A stretch of DNA of 64,000 bases from a virus (IMGVR_UViG_3300033075_000545:65974-129973); one strand, 5' to 3'. Shown: positions 10,100 to 20,493, counted from the first letter of the stretch. The notes: generated by a model not told the origin, from the letters alone. Program-made: numbers and translations.

Positions 10100-11539
10100 G
10101 TGATGGCGATTTTCGATAAGCGCAATTTTCGCGATTCGGTTGGTTCGAACAATTCTGGTGACAAGTTTAGTCACCTCAACCCGATTGTTGTTCCCAACAA
10201 GGCTGTAGCTCGATGCCCCGAGATGGGCGGTGTGGGGACTACTGTTGTCTTCCTGCCATACCCCAACTTCGAAAACCCGAACTATAAGCGGGAACGGGAT
10301 GTTCTGCCAGATCGACTCTCAGACGATCCCGGTGACTGGGGGCCGTGGATGTTTGCGGCTACGGGAGTTTGGAAGTTCGGCCCTCGGAACATCACATACC
10401 TGTTCGACGATCCTGATGACGCTGGGTTCATTTCGTCGGAGCACAATCCGGCACATATGATCTATGAGGCCGCAGAACGGGCGGCGAAGCCGGATGCTCT
10501 CATCGAGACTCCGTTTGGTACATCGGATACGGATCGTTGGGGCCTTTTGCTCAATGGTGGGAAGACGAACGAGCGAGAGATCTTCTCGTGTATTAGCCGC
10601 CCGCAACCGTTGGTGATGGCGTATGCCCTGGTTTACGCTTCCGGCAAGGTAACGTACATCAACGAGGGTCAGGCACTGGGTGGAGCCCAGGGCGACCTAC
10701 CTGTGGTGTTTGTGATGTCCCGCTACACTGCGGTCGAGTCAATGGGTCGGCCTCTGAACGCGACAGTGGGTGAGGACGACAATCTCCGTTATCGGCACAA
10801 GGACGTGACCGGCGTGAAGTACATTCACTTCTACGACAAGAAGAAGCAAAACGCTCCGGCGCTTCAGGGACAGGCAGCGGCAATGGCTGCAAACGCGTTT
10901 GGCGGTGTTCGCCGCGCAACTAATCCCATGGCACCGACTGAAGAGAAGAAGGACTTCGGTTTCGGGGTGTTGGTCACGGATACGTTCTCCGGTCGTGCTG
11001 GGGATCCTAAGCAGGACCGATCGTTGGCTGTTAATTATGCTTGTGCCACGTTGCGGCCGTGGGAGGAGACCATCAAGGGGTACACGCCAATTGAGGCGGC
11101 TAACCTGATTGCGACCCAGTGCGGGTTTCCGTTCTCGCTCTTGTACCACGCATGGAAGTCGCATCCCGAGTACTACCCTGACGAACTGAAGACGCGGCTT
11201 AAGAGTCCTAAGTCTGTGGTGATTGCGGCTCAGGACGTCCATCAGGATACACCCGCTCCGGTTGCGGAACACCGCACAGGCTTTAGCGGGTTTGTGGGTA
11301 CGGTTCCGGCTACGACGGGTATGGACCCACACGCCGATGCACCGTGGGGTGGTAACATCGGCGATACTACGACGACGGAACCTGATGGGTTCCTGCACGA
11401 CCAGGACGATGCGGATGATGGGGAGCAGGCGTTCGATCGCAAGAAGGCGGCTGAAGCCAATCAGCGTCTCAAGCAGTACATGAACCAACAGAACAACCCG
11501 ACAGCTATGCGTTCGCGGGCTCAACACCCGCCGAAGTAA
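10100..11539 (+). CDS. Hypothetical protein, possibly ssDNA-binding or recombination mediator
   Basis: Lies between polymerase and RecA, strong SD AAGGAG, acidic disordered C-terminal region. Function inferred from position only. Confidence 0.4.
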   Translation: MMAIFDKRNFRDSVGSNNSGDKFSHLNPIVVPNKAVARCPEMGGVGTTVVFLPYPNFENPNYKRERDVLPDRLSDDPGDWGPWMFAATGVWKFGPRNITYLFDDPDDAGFISSEHNPAHMIYEAAERAAKPDALIETPFGTSDTDRWGLLLNGGKTNEREIFSCISRPQPLVMAYALVYASGKVTYINEGQALGGAQGDLPVVFVMSRYTAVESMGRPLNATVGEDDNLRYRHKDVTGVKYIHFYDKKKQNAPALQGQAAAMAANAFGGVRRATNPMAPTEEKKDFGFGVLVTDTFSGRAGDPKQDRSLAVNYACATLRPWEETIKGYTPIEAANLIATQCGFPFSLLYHAWKSHPEYYPDELKTRLKSPKSVVIAAQDVHQDTPAPVAEHRTGFSGFVGTVPATTGMDPHADAPWGGNIGDTTTTEPDGFLHDQDDADDGEQAFDRKKAAEANQRLKQYMNQQNNPTAMRSRAQHPPK

Positions 11540-11549
11540 CACACGCAAC

Positions 11550-11577
11550 CTCCCCGGATCTGTGTCCGGGGAGTTTT
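11550..11577 (+). terminator. Intrinsic terminator
   Basis: CTCCCCGGA-tctgtg-TCCGGGGAG-TTTT. Confidence 0.7.
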
Positions 11578-11597
11578 CCGTTCCGATCAATTCGTAG

Positions 11598-12938
11598 GTG
11601 ATCCAACTCATGGCTAAGAGAAAAGGCTCGTCCCAGGCTTGGGACGCTGCGTCTGCGTCCGCGTATATGGCCGAGCAGTTTCGGGCTCAGATGGTAAAGG
11701 GTAGCGGCCTCCAAGACTCTGTTACCGCTGCGTGCGGCGATGTGGGTATGCCGTTGCGTCATCTTTGTTTGCGGTTGTTCTTTCAACGCACCTCGTACCC
11801 GTTCGAACGGACCATGATTGTGTTCGGGCCGACGGGGTCGAATAAGTCAACGTTCGAATATTACATGTACGACCAATGTCGTCGTATCGGCGGTATGTAC
11901 CTTCACGTTGAGGTTGAAGACAAGGACACTCCGATCCTTCGACTTTCAATGACGGGGTATGACGCATACGCTGGCAACCTGTACCAGTGTCAGACGATGA
12001 ATGACTTCATGTCTGCGGTGGACAGCAACATCGACTTTTACAAGAAGACTTGCGAGGCGCAAGGCGGTCCAGGACGACGGATGCCGTTGACTATTGGTGT
12101 TGATAGTATCGTTGCGAAGCTGACGCAGGAGGCGTCGGACGTGATCGTTCGTAACGACGGTGTACCTGGACGTCGATTTGCGGATGAGGCCCGCGCTCTT
12201 TCGGATTGGTTTAAGTACATCCCCACGAAACTCCAAGGGTGGCCAATCAACCTGATCGCAATCAACCACGATAAGCCCAAGCCCGGCGCCCACCCAGGTA
12301 TGGTTATTCACGGGTCCCCTGGAGGTTCCGCACCTAATTTCTATGCAACGTACCGGGTGCTGATGCAACGTACTAAGCAACTCAAGCAAACAACGTCAGG
12401 ATGGGAAGGGAACCGGATCAAGTTCCAAATGGAGAAGAACGGTCTTGGGGCTGATAAGCAATCGTTTGAGGCAGAGTTGGTGTGGCGTCAGGTGGCGTGC
12501 AAGTCGCGGTCGGGTAAGGATATCATGGCCCAACAGACTCTGTGGAATTGGGATAAGGCCACGACGGAATATCTGTATGCAATCTCGGCGAAGAAGCTTG
12601 GGGCTCGCGCCGCGGCGATTGATGACTTGTTAGGTATCACAAAGTGCACCGGGGGTCGGTATGCGGCGCCGGGTATTGGTGTGAAGACGTCGGATCCGTT
12701 GCCTGCAACGGAAATGGGTAAACTCATCGAGAACAGTCCCGAGCTGTTAGCGGCTCTTGAGCCGCGTCTGGGTATCCAACCTAGCTACGCGTTTGTACCA
12801 GGAATTGAATACCAAGAGCAGATCGCTGAAGCCGCGAAGATGGCCGACGATTTTCTTCCCGTGGGCGTTCTGGGTGAAGACATGAACGATGGCGAGGAGG
12901 TACAGGTATCCACGTCGGAGGAACCCGATGGCGAGTAA
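11598..12938 (+). CDS. RecA/UvsX-like recombinase
   Basis: GPTGSNKST, IGVDSI, EARALS, INH, PGGSAPNFYATYRVL, MEKN. Confidence 0.88.
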   Translation: MIQLMAKRKGSSQAWDAASASAYMAEQFRAQMVKGSGLQDSVTAACGDVGMPLRHLCLRLFFQRTSYPFERTMIVFGPTGSNKSTFEYYMYDQCRRIGGMYLHVEVEDKDTPILRLSMTGYDAYAGNLYQCQTMNDFMSAVDSNIDFYKKTCEAQGGPGRRMPLTIGVDSIVAKLTQEASDVIVRNDGVPGRRFADEARALSDWFKYIPTKLQGWPINLIAINHDKPKPGAHPGMVIHGSPGGSAPNFYATYRVLMQRTKQLKQTTSGWEGNRIKFQMEKNGLGADKQSFEAELVWRQVACKSRSGKDIMAQQTLWNWDKATTEYLYAISAKKLGARAAAIDDLLGITKCTGGRYAAPGIGVKTSDPLPATEMGKLIENSPELLAALEPRLGIQPSYAFVPGIEYQEQIAEAAKMADDFLPVGVLGEDMNDGEEVQVSTSEEPDGE

Positions 12939-13431
12939 CCGCTTTCCCAAGTTTCCTGGCAGTGGATTTGCTGCCGATAACACCGAAGACGCCGCCTGTC
13001 GTTGCGCCCTTCGTGTTATCGGGCTGTCCGCGGCGTTGTTCGCTAAAGTGGCTGATCTCCCGAGTGCGGCGTCCAAAATCACGTTTGCGAAGCTGTGCGA
13101 CCCAGGACTGACGGCGTTCCCTGTACGTCCCTTAGTGAGCGGGGAGACTCCGGACGAACCGTCAGACTTGTTGAACAAGTTCCACAAATCCCAGATGCTT
13201 TCTGTTTGGGAGGCATCTGGACGTCCCAGGGTCGTCGTATTTCGTGGAGGGTCGTTGGGTCTATGCGTTCTGTACCCAACGAAGCAACCGCCTGCGAGGG
13301 CCCACATTTGTTTGGTCCACCCAGAGCGGTTCTTCATGGCGGTCGAGGAGTTTCGACCATGGTGCGCGGCTATATCCTCGTGGGATGGTGGAGAGCTAGC
13401 CGAGTACCGTAAGGTCTCGGAACCAGACTAA
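12928..13431 (+). CDS. Hypothetical protein
   Basis: GGAGG SD and an ATG overlapping the end of the RecA gene. Confidence 0.6.
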   Translation: MASNRFPKFPGSGFAADNTEDAACRCALRVIGLSAALFAKVADLPSAASKITFAKLCDPGLTAFPVRPLVSGETPDEPSDLLNKFHKSQMLSVWEASGRPRVVVFRGGSLGLCVLYPTKQPPARAHICLVHPERFFMAVEEFRPWCAAISSWDGGELAEYRKVSEPD

Positions 13432-13462
13432 ATTACACTGCACTGACTGGCATAATTACTTG
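13429..13462 (+). promoter_or_regulatory. Conserved promoter-like motif, copy 1
   Basis: TAAA-N16-GGCA-TA-ATT-AC-TTG. Confidence 0.6.
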
Positions 13463-13616
13463 CTGGTCGGTGTGCTCCTGTTTACGGACTACGTTAGGAA
13501 GGACTTGAGAGAATTTTTAGATTTCTGTTCGCGGACGTCTGGACCAGGATCGATAACTGCTTATCATTCTCTTGGTCACCAATAGGTGGTGGCTCTCGAA
13601 AATGATTGGAGCAGTA

Positions 13617-14579
13617 ATGAGCATCGAAGCACCCGTGGTCAAACGGCCCCGTGGGCGCCCGCGTAAATACCCGTTGCCCGCAACTACGAACGGTACTTCC
13701 AACGACGTTCACACGGACACCCCAGAGGTAGCGGTCAAGCGACGTCCAGGTCGGCCTAAGAAAGACGCGACTGCAGATGTCACTGGGATCGCGGTTGTGA
13801 AGAAACCCCGTGGGCGTCCACGACTTGCTGACGCGGCCCCGCGACCTCAGGTTGAGGTAACGGTTGCACTGCGAGAAGAGATGACTAAGGTCCGGACGGA
13901 CCTGGACAAGCTCAACGAGCAAGAGATCGAACTGTATCGAAGTATCGGTGAGCGGTTGAACACCATTGTCGACGACGGTACGGGGAAATACGGTAAGCAG
14001 CCCGAGAAGGCGATGTACCAGGTGATGCCGTTGGGGCGGGACAGTCTGCGACCGATGATGGTCCTGGCTCGTACTTATTCGGCTGATGAAGTACGTCGAC
14101 TTTCGACGCTACGCAACAAAGAGACGGAAGAACGTCTGACGTGGACTCACGTCAGTGCCTTGATGCGAATCAAGGATAAGGCGAAGGCCATGACCCTGGC
14201 TGAAAAAGCCGTCGAGAGTGGGTGGTCGGCCAGGGAGCTGGTCAAGAACGTCATTAAGACTGCGGGTGGTCCGCGGTCGAAGGGGGCCCGCCCGATGAAG
14301 AAGGCGCGGTCTTTGGAGGAGGTCAACGAAGACATTCGGGACAAGTCTCAGAACTGGCTGAATACCGCTGAGAAGCGGTGGCTGACCGAGGGCGGTGTAG
14401 TCGACCTGTTCGCTGCGGAGCTGGCGAAGAAGAGGCCGACACAAAGCACTGTTGATGATATGGATCGCACCATTACAATCGTTGAAGAACTGATCGTCAC
14501 CGCACGTCAGGTGACACACCAACTCAACGCGTTGCGTGGGCAAGCGAATGCCGCTCGGCAGACCCGGTCCGTGCTATAA
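13617..14579 (+). CDS. DNA-binding protein: three AT-hooks plus a DUF1016/YhcG-N-like helical domain
   Basis: KRPRGRPRK, RRPGRPKK, KKPRGRPR; then LYRSIGE..KYGK and LTWTH...GWSAREL. Confidence 0.7.
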   Translation: MSIEAPVVKRPRGRPRKYPLPATTNGTSNDVHTDTPEVAVKRRPGRPKKDATADVTGIAVVKKPRGRPRLADAAPRPQVEVTVALREEMTKVRTDLDKLNEQEIELYRSIGERLNTIVDDGTGKYGKQPEKAMYQVMPLGRDSLRPMMVLARTYSADEVRRLSTLRNKETEERLTWTHVSALMRIKDKAKAMTLAEKAVESGWSARELVKNVIKTAGGPRSKGARPMKKARSLEEVNEDIRDKSQNWLNTAEKRWLTEGGVVDLFAAELAKKRPTQSTVDDMDRTITIVEELIVTARQVTHQLNALRGQANAARQTRSVL

Positions 14580-14689
14580 GTCCCGAGTGTCTCAGTCTGG
14601 GGCCAAGCGTCCTAGACCTGACTCCCCTAAGAAGCCCGGTCTCGGGCGCCCTAAGAAGGAGAAGTTCAAGGACGTCACAATAGCGGACG

Positions 14690-15559
14690 TTGCCAATGCA
14701 AACCGTGAACTTGGTGGTTAAAAGACGCAACCGGCTGATCGACATTCTTAAGTCGTCGGCCGGTTGTGACTTTTTATCGGGGGATAGTATCAATGCGGCA
14801 GCGGAAGCAGCCATCACAGTACTCCCTAAGGGATGTAAGTATGACGCCGTATATCGTTCACTGTTGCCTCTCTTAGCGAAGCATGCGGACGATGACGTTC
14901 GTAAAGTGTGCTGGTCTCTAGCTGCGGACGTTGAGTCTCTTCGTGCAGGGCTCCCGGTTGCGCCGGGGCGGTTACCGAACGAGCCTACGGAGTTGGTGGT
15001 TCAGGTCGTGGCTAACCGGAGGATGCCTAGCAAGAGGGCATCAAACGGTAACTTTCCGGTCTTGTTTCGGGTCCAATCCATGGTCGGGTTCGGTGCACCG
15101 CACCGGTTCGACTTCGTGTGCAGTTCGAAGTTCTTGTCCTATCTCGCAACGCAACCAAATGGGATCGGGTACGCCGGAAGACCCAAGTTCGGTCACGCCC
15201 CGCAGGGGAGGCCGTATAAGAGTTTCCGAACGTACGTTGGGATGCGGTTCGCGGCTACTGTTCTCGCGCAAGATAAGCGGGCGTCGGTGACCAAGTTCCG
15301 TTGTTCAGGGGCCATGCGGGAGTTTAACCGCAAGGTCATGGAGATGCGTTGGCGACAAGGATTCACATGTCCGTTCGGATTCACCCACCACTGCCACGAT
15401 TGTCCTAAAGGACAGAACTCGTGTCCGGCAGCAGTGCGTCCGTTGGATCTTGTGGATCAGTTGTGTCCGGCGTGTACAGCGATGGCGCCACACGATCCGT
15501 TCTGGAACCAGAACGTGTGCGTGACGTGTGCTTCGAAAGGTCGAAAACGAGATTCCTAA
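14690..15559 (+). CDS. Hypothetical Cys-rich (Zn-binding) protein
   Basis: CPF..HHCHDC..C and CPAC..CVTC at the C-terminus; start uncertain. Confidence 0.6.
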   Translation: MPMQTVNLVVKRRNRLIDILKSSAGCDFLSGDSINAAAEAAITVLPKGCKYDAVYRSLLPLLAKHADDDVRKVCWSLAADVESLRAGLPVAPGRLPNEPTELVVQVVANRRMPSKRASNGNFPVLFRVQSMVGFGAPHRFDFVCSSKFLSYLATQPNGIGYAGRPKFGHAPQGRPYKSFRTYVGMRFAATVLAQDKRASVTKFRCSGAMREFNRKVMEMRWRQGFTCPFGFTHHCHDCPKGQNSCPAAVRPLDLVDQLCPACTAMAPHDPFWNQNVCVTCASKGRKRDS

Positions 15560-15577
15560 CTTTATGAAAGGACAGTC

Positions 15578-16132
15578 ATGTCCAGTTCGAACAAACTACA
15601 TCCCTATTCGTGGAGGGCTGATTGGTTCGTTCATGTTAACGACGTACCTTATGTGTACGTGGTACAACTAGGTGCAGCGTTATACCACCCTGTTGATCAT
15701 GTCGTTCCGTTTCTGGTCAAACTAGACAACGTCATGGCTGGCAAGGAGAGAGTTACTGTTGCGAGTCTTGACGACAATGACCTGAAGCACACGGTTCCGG
15801 GGGCAGGAGTCCGCGTCCCGAATACACATACGCTCCATCTCAGACATGAGCCTACGGCGGATGTGGATATTCTAGGTGCGATGGAGTATCTCTGGCCAGA
15901 GTTCATCTTGGACTCCGAGATCCGCAAGCAGTACGACATTAGAAAGAGAATGTTTCCTCCGCCCGCGTATGTGTGGAATCTGTATCGGACTGGAGGGGAG
16001 GGGATTGAGGTGTCGTTCCAGTATATGGATAAGAACGGTGAGATGGTTCCTGACTGGGACCTACCGAGGATGTCCGTGACGGCGTTGTTGGAGGTGATGG
16101 CAGCGAAAGAGGGAGCGGTTAAGAGCGTGTAA
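15578..16132 (+). CDS. Hypothetical protein (paralog of 16187..16744)
   Basis: Shared WRxDWF, YVVQLGAA, YLWPEFILD, WNxY motifs. Confidence 0.75.
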   Translation: MSSSNKLHPYSWRADWFVHVNDVPYVYVVQLGAALYHPVDHVVPFLVKLDNVMAGKERVTVASLDDNDLKHTVPGAGVRVPNTHTLHLRHEPTADVDILGAMEYLWPEFILDSEIRKQYDIRKRMFPPPAYVWNLYRTGGEGIEVSFQYMDKNGEMVPDWDLPRMSVTALLEVMAAKEGAVKSV

Positions 16133-16186
16133 CCGCCTGATGTGTTGGTTTGGATTTTCGTAACCACTTTTTGATGGAGATTTGAG

Positions 16187-16744
16187 ATGCCGAAGCCGCT
16201 TGCACACACTTGGCGTGGTGACTGGTTCTTCTACCTCGATGGGGAGGAGAAGGATCCGATTTACGTGGTACAGTTGGGCGCAGCGTTCTTCTGTCCGGTC
16301 GAGGACATCCTGCCGTTCCTGTTCGAGGTCGAGAAATTGATGGCGGGCAAGTCGAAGGTGTCCATTAAGGACCTTCCGAAGTCGGTGGATTCAGAGCCCG
16401 GACAAAAGTCCGGCATCAAGGTCCCGAATTGTGATCACTACGCGGAGAATCCCAGACCGCAGACGATGAACTTGCCGAGCGTCATGAACTACCTCTGGCC
16501 GGAGTTCATTCTCGATACGGAGATCCAGAAGAAGCATGACGTCAAGAAGCGGAAGTTCGTGAAGCCCTCCTTCCAGTGGAACGTGTACTACAAGGAGGGT
16601 GAGCCGATGGAAGTCGAGTTCAGGCAGTTGATGAAGGAGGACGGGTCCAGCGACCCGATGTTCCACACGGAACGGTTGACCTTGCCTGCCCTACTTGAAC
16701 GTCTTAAGTTGCAGGATATCATTACCAGCACCATCCAAATTTGA
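16187..16744 (+). CDS. Hypothetical protein (paralog of 15578..16132)
   Basis: Same motif set as the upstream gene; SD GGAG. Confidence 0.75.
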   Translation: MPKPLAHTWRGDWFFYLDGEEKDPIYVVQLGAAFFCPVEDILPFLFEVEKLMAGKSKVSIKDLPKSVDSEPGQKSGIKVPNCDHYAENPRPQTMNLPSVMNYLWPEFILDTEIQKKHDVKKRKFVKPSFQWNVYYKEGEPMEVEFRQLMKEDGSSDPMFHTERLTLPALLERLKLQDIITSTIQI

Positions 16745-16753
16745 TATCCAAAC

Positions 16754-17290
16754 GTGAAAGGCGAGGTTATGCTCCAGATCCGAGGGTCCGACAATCGCGT
16801 GTACCGTCCTGGTCGCGACCTCGCCTTTCTTTTCGACCCGATTTGTCGGAAGGCCGCATACCGTTTGGCGGCTACGTCTTGGCACAGTGTCATCAAAGAC
16901 TACGCAGCGTTCTCTGGACTTACGGAAACTGCGTTAGTCGATGGCGCTGTGTGTTTGGCCAAGTTTCAAAAACTCTGCGGAAACTCGGACGTACCAAATT
17001 TCGCTGCGGCATTTACCAACTCGGGGCTGGCGGGGTTGCCGCACCCCGTTTTATTAGCGGTCATGTTTGAGGTTGGTCTTGGGACTTGTGCCGCGTTCTT
17101 CAACTGTGTTCGGGAGGCCATTAAACTCGGTCAAGCGTCTCCTGGGGCCGGAGCTGTTGAGGATATGGCTCAACGTGCGGCCTTTGCTATTAAGAAAGGT
17201 CTTCCCTCTGAGCACCGTGCTGCGACGGATGAGATGAATCGGGTGAACGTTTCCTACGACTCTGCACACCCTGCGCCCAAAGAAAGTTGA
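16754..17290 (+). CDS. Hypothetical protein
   Basis: Contiguous ORF in the operon. Confidence 0.6.
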   Translation: MKGEVMLQIRGSDNRVYRPGRDLAFLFDPICRKAAYRLAATSWHSVIKDYAAFSGLTETALVDGAVCLAKFQKLCGNSDVPNFAAAFTNSGLAGLPHPVLLAVMFEVGLGTCAAFFNCVREAIKLGQASPGAGAVEDMAQRAAFAIKKGLPSEHRAATDEMNRVNVSYDSAHPAPKES

Positions 17291-18021
17291 ACGTGGCAAC
17301 AACAAACACACAACGGCCGGATCCGTCCGTGGTCCGCGCCTGGGCCGATATGTACGGCATGCCCGTATCGTATGTGGTGTTGGACATTGAGACGTCGGGG
17401 CTGAACCACGATCACGATAAGGTCCTTCAAATTGGTTGGTGCACCGTACAGAATCGACGGTGCCAGGAGAACGCAGGGATCGTTATCGACCACACTGTAG
17501 GTATGTCAGACCTTGAATTGGCAATGTTGAAGTCGCGGATCGACGCGACAGCCGGGAAGATGAAAGAATTGGGGAAGCAGTACGGATGGTCAGTCTCAAG
17601 GATCCAAGAGAAGGGGGTATCGCCGAAGATTGCGGTGAACAAGTTGGTTGAAGTCACGGAGCCGTTTGACGACGTTTTGGCCCACTATGGTATCGCGTTC
17701 GACTATCCGATGTTGAGCAACCTGACCAAACCCATTAACGGATTCGAGCTCCCGAACTTGGAGTCTGGGCACATCCACGATAGCGCCCTCATGTATAAGG
17801 CGTGTGTCGCTCGAATTCGTCCTCGTCCACGTGAATCCTACGTGTCGTACATTAGTAGAATCATGGATACGCGTGGACCGTTCAAGTACTCGATGGCGAC
17901 GTGCATTACGTACTTTGGTTTGGAGGCACAAGGCGCTGTCGTTCGGCGATCACACGACGCGATCTACGACACGTGGCTTGCCCACCTCGTTTACGAGTCG
18001 ATTCGAAACCTTGCCCAATAG
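17287..18021 (+). CDS. DEDDh 3'-5' exonuclease (DnaQ-like)
   Basis: LDIETSG, AHYGIAFD, SHDAIYD. Confidence 0.88.
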   Translation: MNVATTNTQRPDPSVVRAWADMYGMPVSYVVLDIETSGLNHDHDKVLQIGWCTVQNRRCQENAGIVIDHTVGMSDLELAMLKSRIDATAGKMKELGKQYGWSVSRIQEKGVSPKIAVNKLVEVTEPFDDVLAHYGIAFDYPMLSNLTKPINGFELPNLESGHIHDSALMYKACVARIRPRPRESYVSYISRIMDTRGPFKYSMATCITYFGLEAQGAVVRRSHDAIYDTWLAHLVYESIRNLAQ

Positions 18022-18028
18022 GTCCAAC

Positions 18029-18583
18029 ATGATCTGCGTCGGAATCGATCCTGGTGGGGACGGCGGTCTTGTGGCGGTGACGTCAGATCCTAAGGATCCA
18101 CAAAAGACTTCTGTGGTAGCGCACCTCGTCATGCCACTTCTGAAGACGGACGATCGCGTCAAGGACGTGGACATTGCGACGGTGGCGGATTGGCTTCGCG
18201 TAATCAAACCCGACGCGATTTATATTGAGCGTGTGGGGTACATGCCCGCTAAGTTCCGTGCCGGTGGGGCAACCAGCGGGTTTGGGGACTCGGTATTGTC
18301 TGGGCGGTATCGAGAGTTGTTGGGGATGTTGAAAACGATGAAGCTCGCTTACTCCCCCGTGATGCCTGCGGTGTGGCAACGGGCGGTCGGGATTGTAACC
18401 CCGAAGATTCAGGGAGAAAACCGCGACGAGCGACGTAAGCGAATTAAGGCGGCAGTGAGGTTGTTCTGTACGCGCAACTATCCGCCGATTGATAACTTCA
18501 TCCCTCGACGGTGTCGGGTTCCTCACGACGGGTTGATGGATGCCGCAGCCATTGCTCACTACGGTATGACCCGAGGTTTGTGA
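18029..18583 (+). CDS. RuvC-like Holliday junction resolvase
   Basis: VGIDPGGDGG, IYIERV, PAVWQR, HDGLMDAAAIA. Confidence 0.85.
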   Translation: MICVGIDPGGDGGLVAVTSDPKDPQKTSVVAHLVMPLLKTDDRVKDVDIATVADWLRVIKPDAIYIERVGYMPAKFRAGGATSGFGDSVLSGRYRELLGMLKTMKLAYSPVMPAVWQRAVGIVTPKIQGENRDERRKRIKAAVRLFCTRNYPPIDNFIPRRCRVPHDGLMDAAAIAHYGMTRGL

Positions 18584-18584
18584 C

Positions 18585-19190
18585 GTGATCCTCCGACCTG
18601 AGTATGTGGGCGACACTCAACTCCCGTGGCCTGAAGGGGACCATGCAGGTCCGTCTGTGTACTACGGAGATGCTCACGTCGATTACCACCAGGGGAAATG
18701 GTCTCTCGCGGGGCTCGAGCGGGACCATGTTCTGCTCTCTTCCGTTCTGCTCCCGTTGGCTGGGTTCCCGACAGATCCGGTGGCCGTATACTGGTCGGAG
18801 AATAATTTACCTAAGAGTGTGGCTCCCTATTGGGTCGATGTGGGACGTCAAGTACTTAAAGGACTCCCTCCTCCATACGACCAGATTGTGTTTGCGTGTC
18901 CGAAGGAATACGCAACTGGACTCATCAAGTTTCTGGACTGGACTGCTTTGCGGACACCTTCAGGTCACTTACTCAAGTCTGTACGCCAGCGACTTCCCAT
19001 GGTGGATTGGCCTCTATTACGTGGGATGTCCGTAGCGCCTCCAAAACCTCCCACTGTATTTGTAGATCTGTACGGAATTGAAACTGACACCCACGCTGTT
19101 GTGTGGTCGGTTCCGAAGAATCCTTGGACAGACCCTATTAGTTTGGTCCAACGAGAGAAGCCGAAAGCGAGACCGTCCGATGGATCCTGA
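18585..19190 (+). CDS. Hypothetical protein
   Basis: Contiguous ORF. Confidence 0.55.
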   Translation: MILRPEYVGDTQLPWPEGDHAGPSVYYGDAHVDYHQGKWSLAGLERDHVLLSSVLLPLAGFPTDPVAVYWSENNLPKSVAPYWVDVGRQVLKGLPPPYDQIVFACPKEYATGLIKFLDWTALRTPSGHLLKSVRQRLPMVDWPLLRGMSVAPPKPPTVFVDLYGIETDTHAVVWSVPKNPWTDPISLVQREKPKARPSDGS

Positions 19191-19476
19191 ACCTCTGTTT
19201 CACGTCGTGTATTGGTGGGGTGAAGCTGCTCCCAACCGAGAATCGTTCACGACTCTTGATCAGCTCCTGACATTCCTAGGGGAGGCGTATCAAGAGGCTC
19301 GGAATTCGCCGGTCTCCAAGAGCTGTCCGTACAACGTAATTGTTTTTAAGGGCTCGCGGTGTTTGATTTCAGGGACACCCCCTAACGTCACCATCGACGG
19401 CGTGACTGTTGCGATCCAGGCACCTGTGGTGGTGGATCCAGTAGATTCTTCGGATCGTACTTCACTCCTAGGCTAA
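19180..19476 (+). CDS. Hypothetical protein
   Basis: ATG overlapping the end of the upstream gene. Confidence 0.55.
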   Translation: MDPEPLFHVVYWWGEAAPNRESFTTLDQLLTFLGEAYQEARNSPVSKSCPYNVIVFKGSRCLISGTPPNVTIDGVTVAIQAPVVVDPVDSSDRTSLLG

Positions 19477-19507
19477 ATTCACCACCGTTTGCGGTCAGTA
19501 TCAATTG
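19474..19507 (+). promoter_or_regulatory. Conserved promoter-like motif, copy 2
   Basis: TAAA-N16-GTCA-GT-ATC-AA-TTG, followed by GAGGG. Confidence 0.55.
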
Positions 19508-19560
19508 GAGGGTGGTACGTCGCCACCGGACGGTTGTTGGAAGGCTGCTAGGAGCTTCTG

Positions 19561-20493
19561 ATGCGAGAAGATTTGAAGGTCGCCAAGTTTGAGCGACGGG
19601 TCGAAGAGACGGCGCGTTTGGGTAACTACCCGTGGTTGTGGTATGACTTTGCTCACGAGGGGATGCCTCCGGCTGCTGCTGCAGCCGCGGCCAACAGTGT
19701 GTCGAACATGTGCCAAAAGGCCGGGAGGCACTTCCCGGACCAGTTTACGAAGCGGATTTGGGCCTCGTATATGGCGTCCCCAAACCCCGACAGGTTTGCC
19801 GAAACGGCTACTTCGCCCGTTCCCGGCAATCGGTACCCGATTCAGAACATGGCTATGGTTCTGGTTGGGGCGGTGGAGGCTGCGTTTACGCCGGGCGCGT
19901 ATCCGGTGATTTGGAGCATGCTATGCCCGCTCGAGATGGTTGAGCCGGGTCGCATTGTGGCGCGTCCTCAGTATGTTCGGGGCGTGACGGCTCTGGTGGG
20001 TACGGGGCTTCAGTACGACGCCCCGCTGTTCGTCGAAGATGAGATTCGATGGGGTGTTTTGGCGATGACGGGTATGCGGATCTTGTGCGATTCCCTCTAT
20101 CGGGAGTTCACACAGGAGGAGATGGTGCTTCGGAATCCCAAGTTTCAGGCCAAGTGTCGGGCTTACACGGAAGACGGGCTTGTTCGGGGCGTGTCTCAGG
20201 ATGTCTATCTGCCATACAACACGATCGCGTTCGAGTTCTTGGAGGCCAAGAAGAACGGGCTGAGTACTGATGATATGGTGTGGGTGTTCGATAAGTGCGG
20301 ACGTGATCGCGGACGTACTGATGCGGAATGGATCGATTGTCCGGCGATGGTGCCATGGGGGATTATCCAGGCACCGCTCCCCACCGGGTTTGGCGGCGAT
20401 CCGGATAACCCGGAGCACCACCGGATCACGTATAAACACGAAGACGACACCGACACGATTATCTACCCCGCGGATTCGCGGATTGTAAACTAA
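19561..20493 (+). CDS. Hypothetical protein
   Basis: AGGAG SD; 310-aa ORF. Confidence 0.7.
   Translation: MREDLKVAKFERRVEETARLGNYPWLWYDFAHEGMPPAAAAAAANSVSNMCQKAGRHFPDQFTKRIWASYMASPNPDRFAETATSPVPGNRYPIQNMAMVLVGAVEAAFTPGAYPVIWSMLCPLEMVEPGRIVARPQYVRGVTALVGTGLQYDAPLFVEDEIRWGVLAMTGMRILCDSLYREFTQEEMVLRNPKFQAKCRAYTEDGLVRGVSQDVYLPYNTIAFEFLEAKKNGLSTDDMVWVFDKCGRDRGRTDAEWIDCPAMVPWGIIQAPLPTGFGGDPDNPEHHRITYKHEDDTDTIIYPADSRIVN

Noticed and set aside
10739-11611. Long minus-strand ORFs (e.g. 10739..11611, 53085..53828, 60754..61560)
   Set aside because: Antisense shadows of GC-rich + strand genes, with no motifs or ribosome-binding sites.
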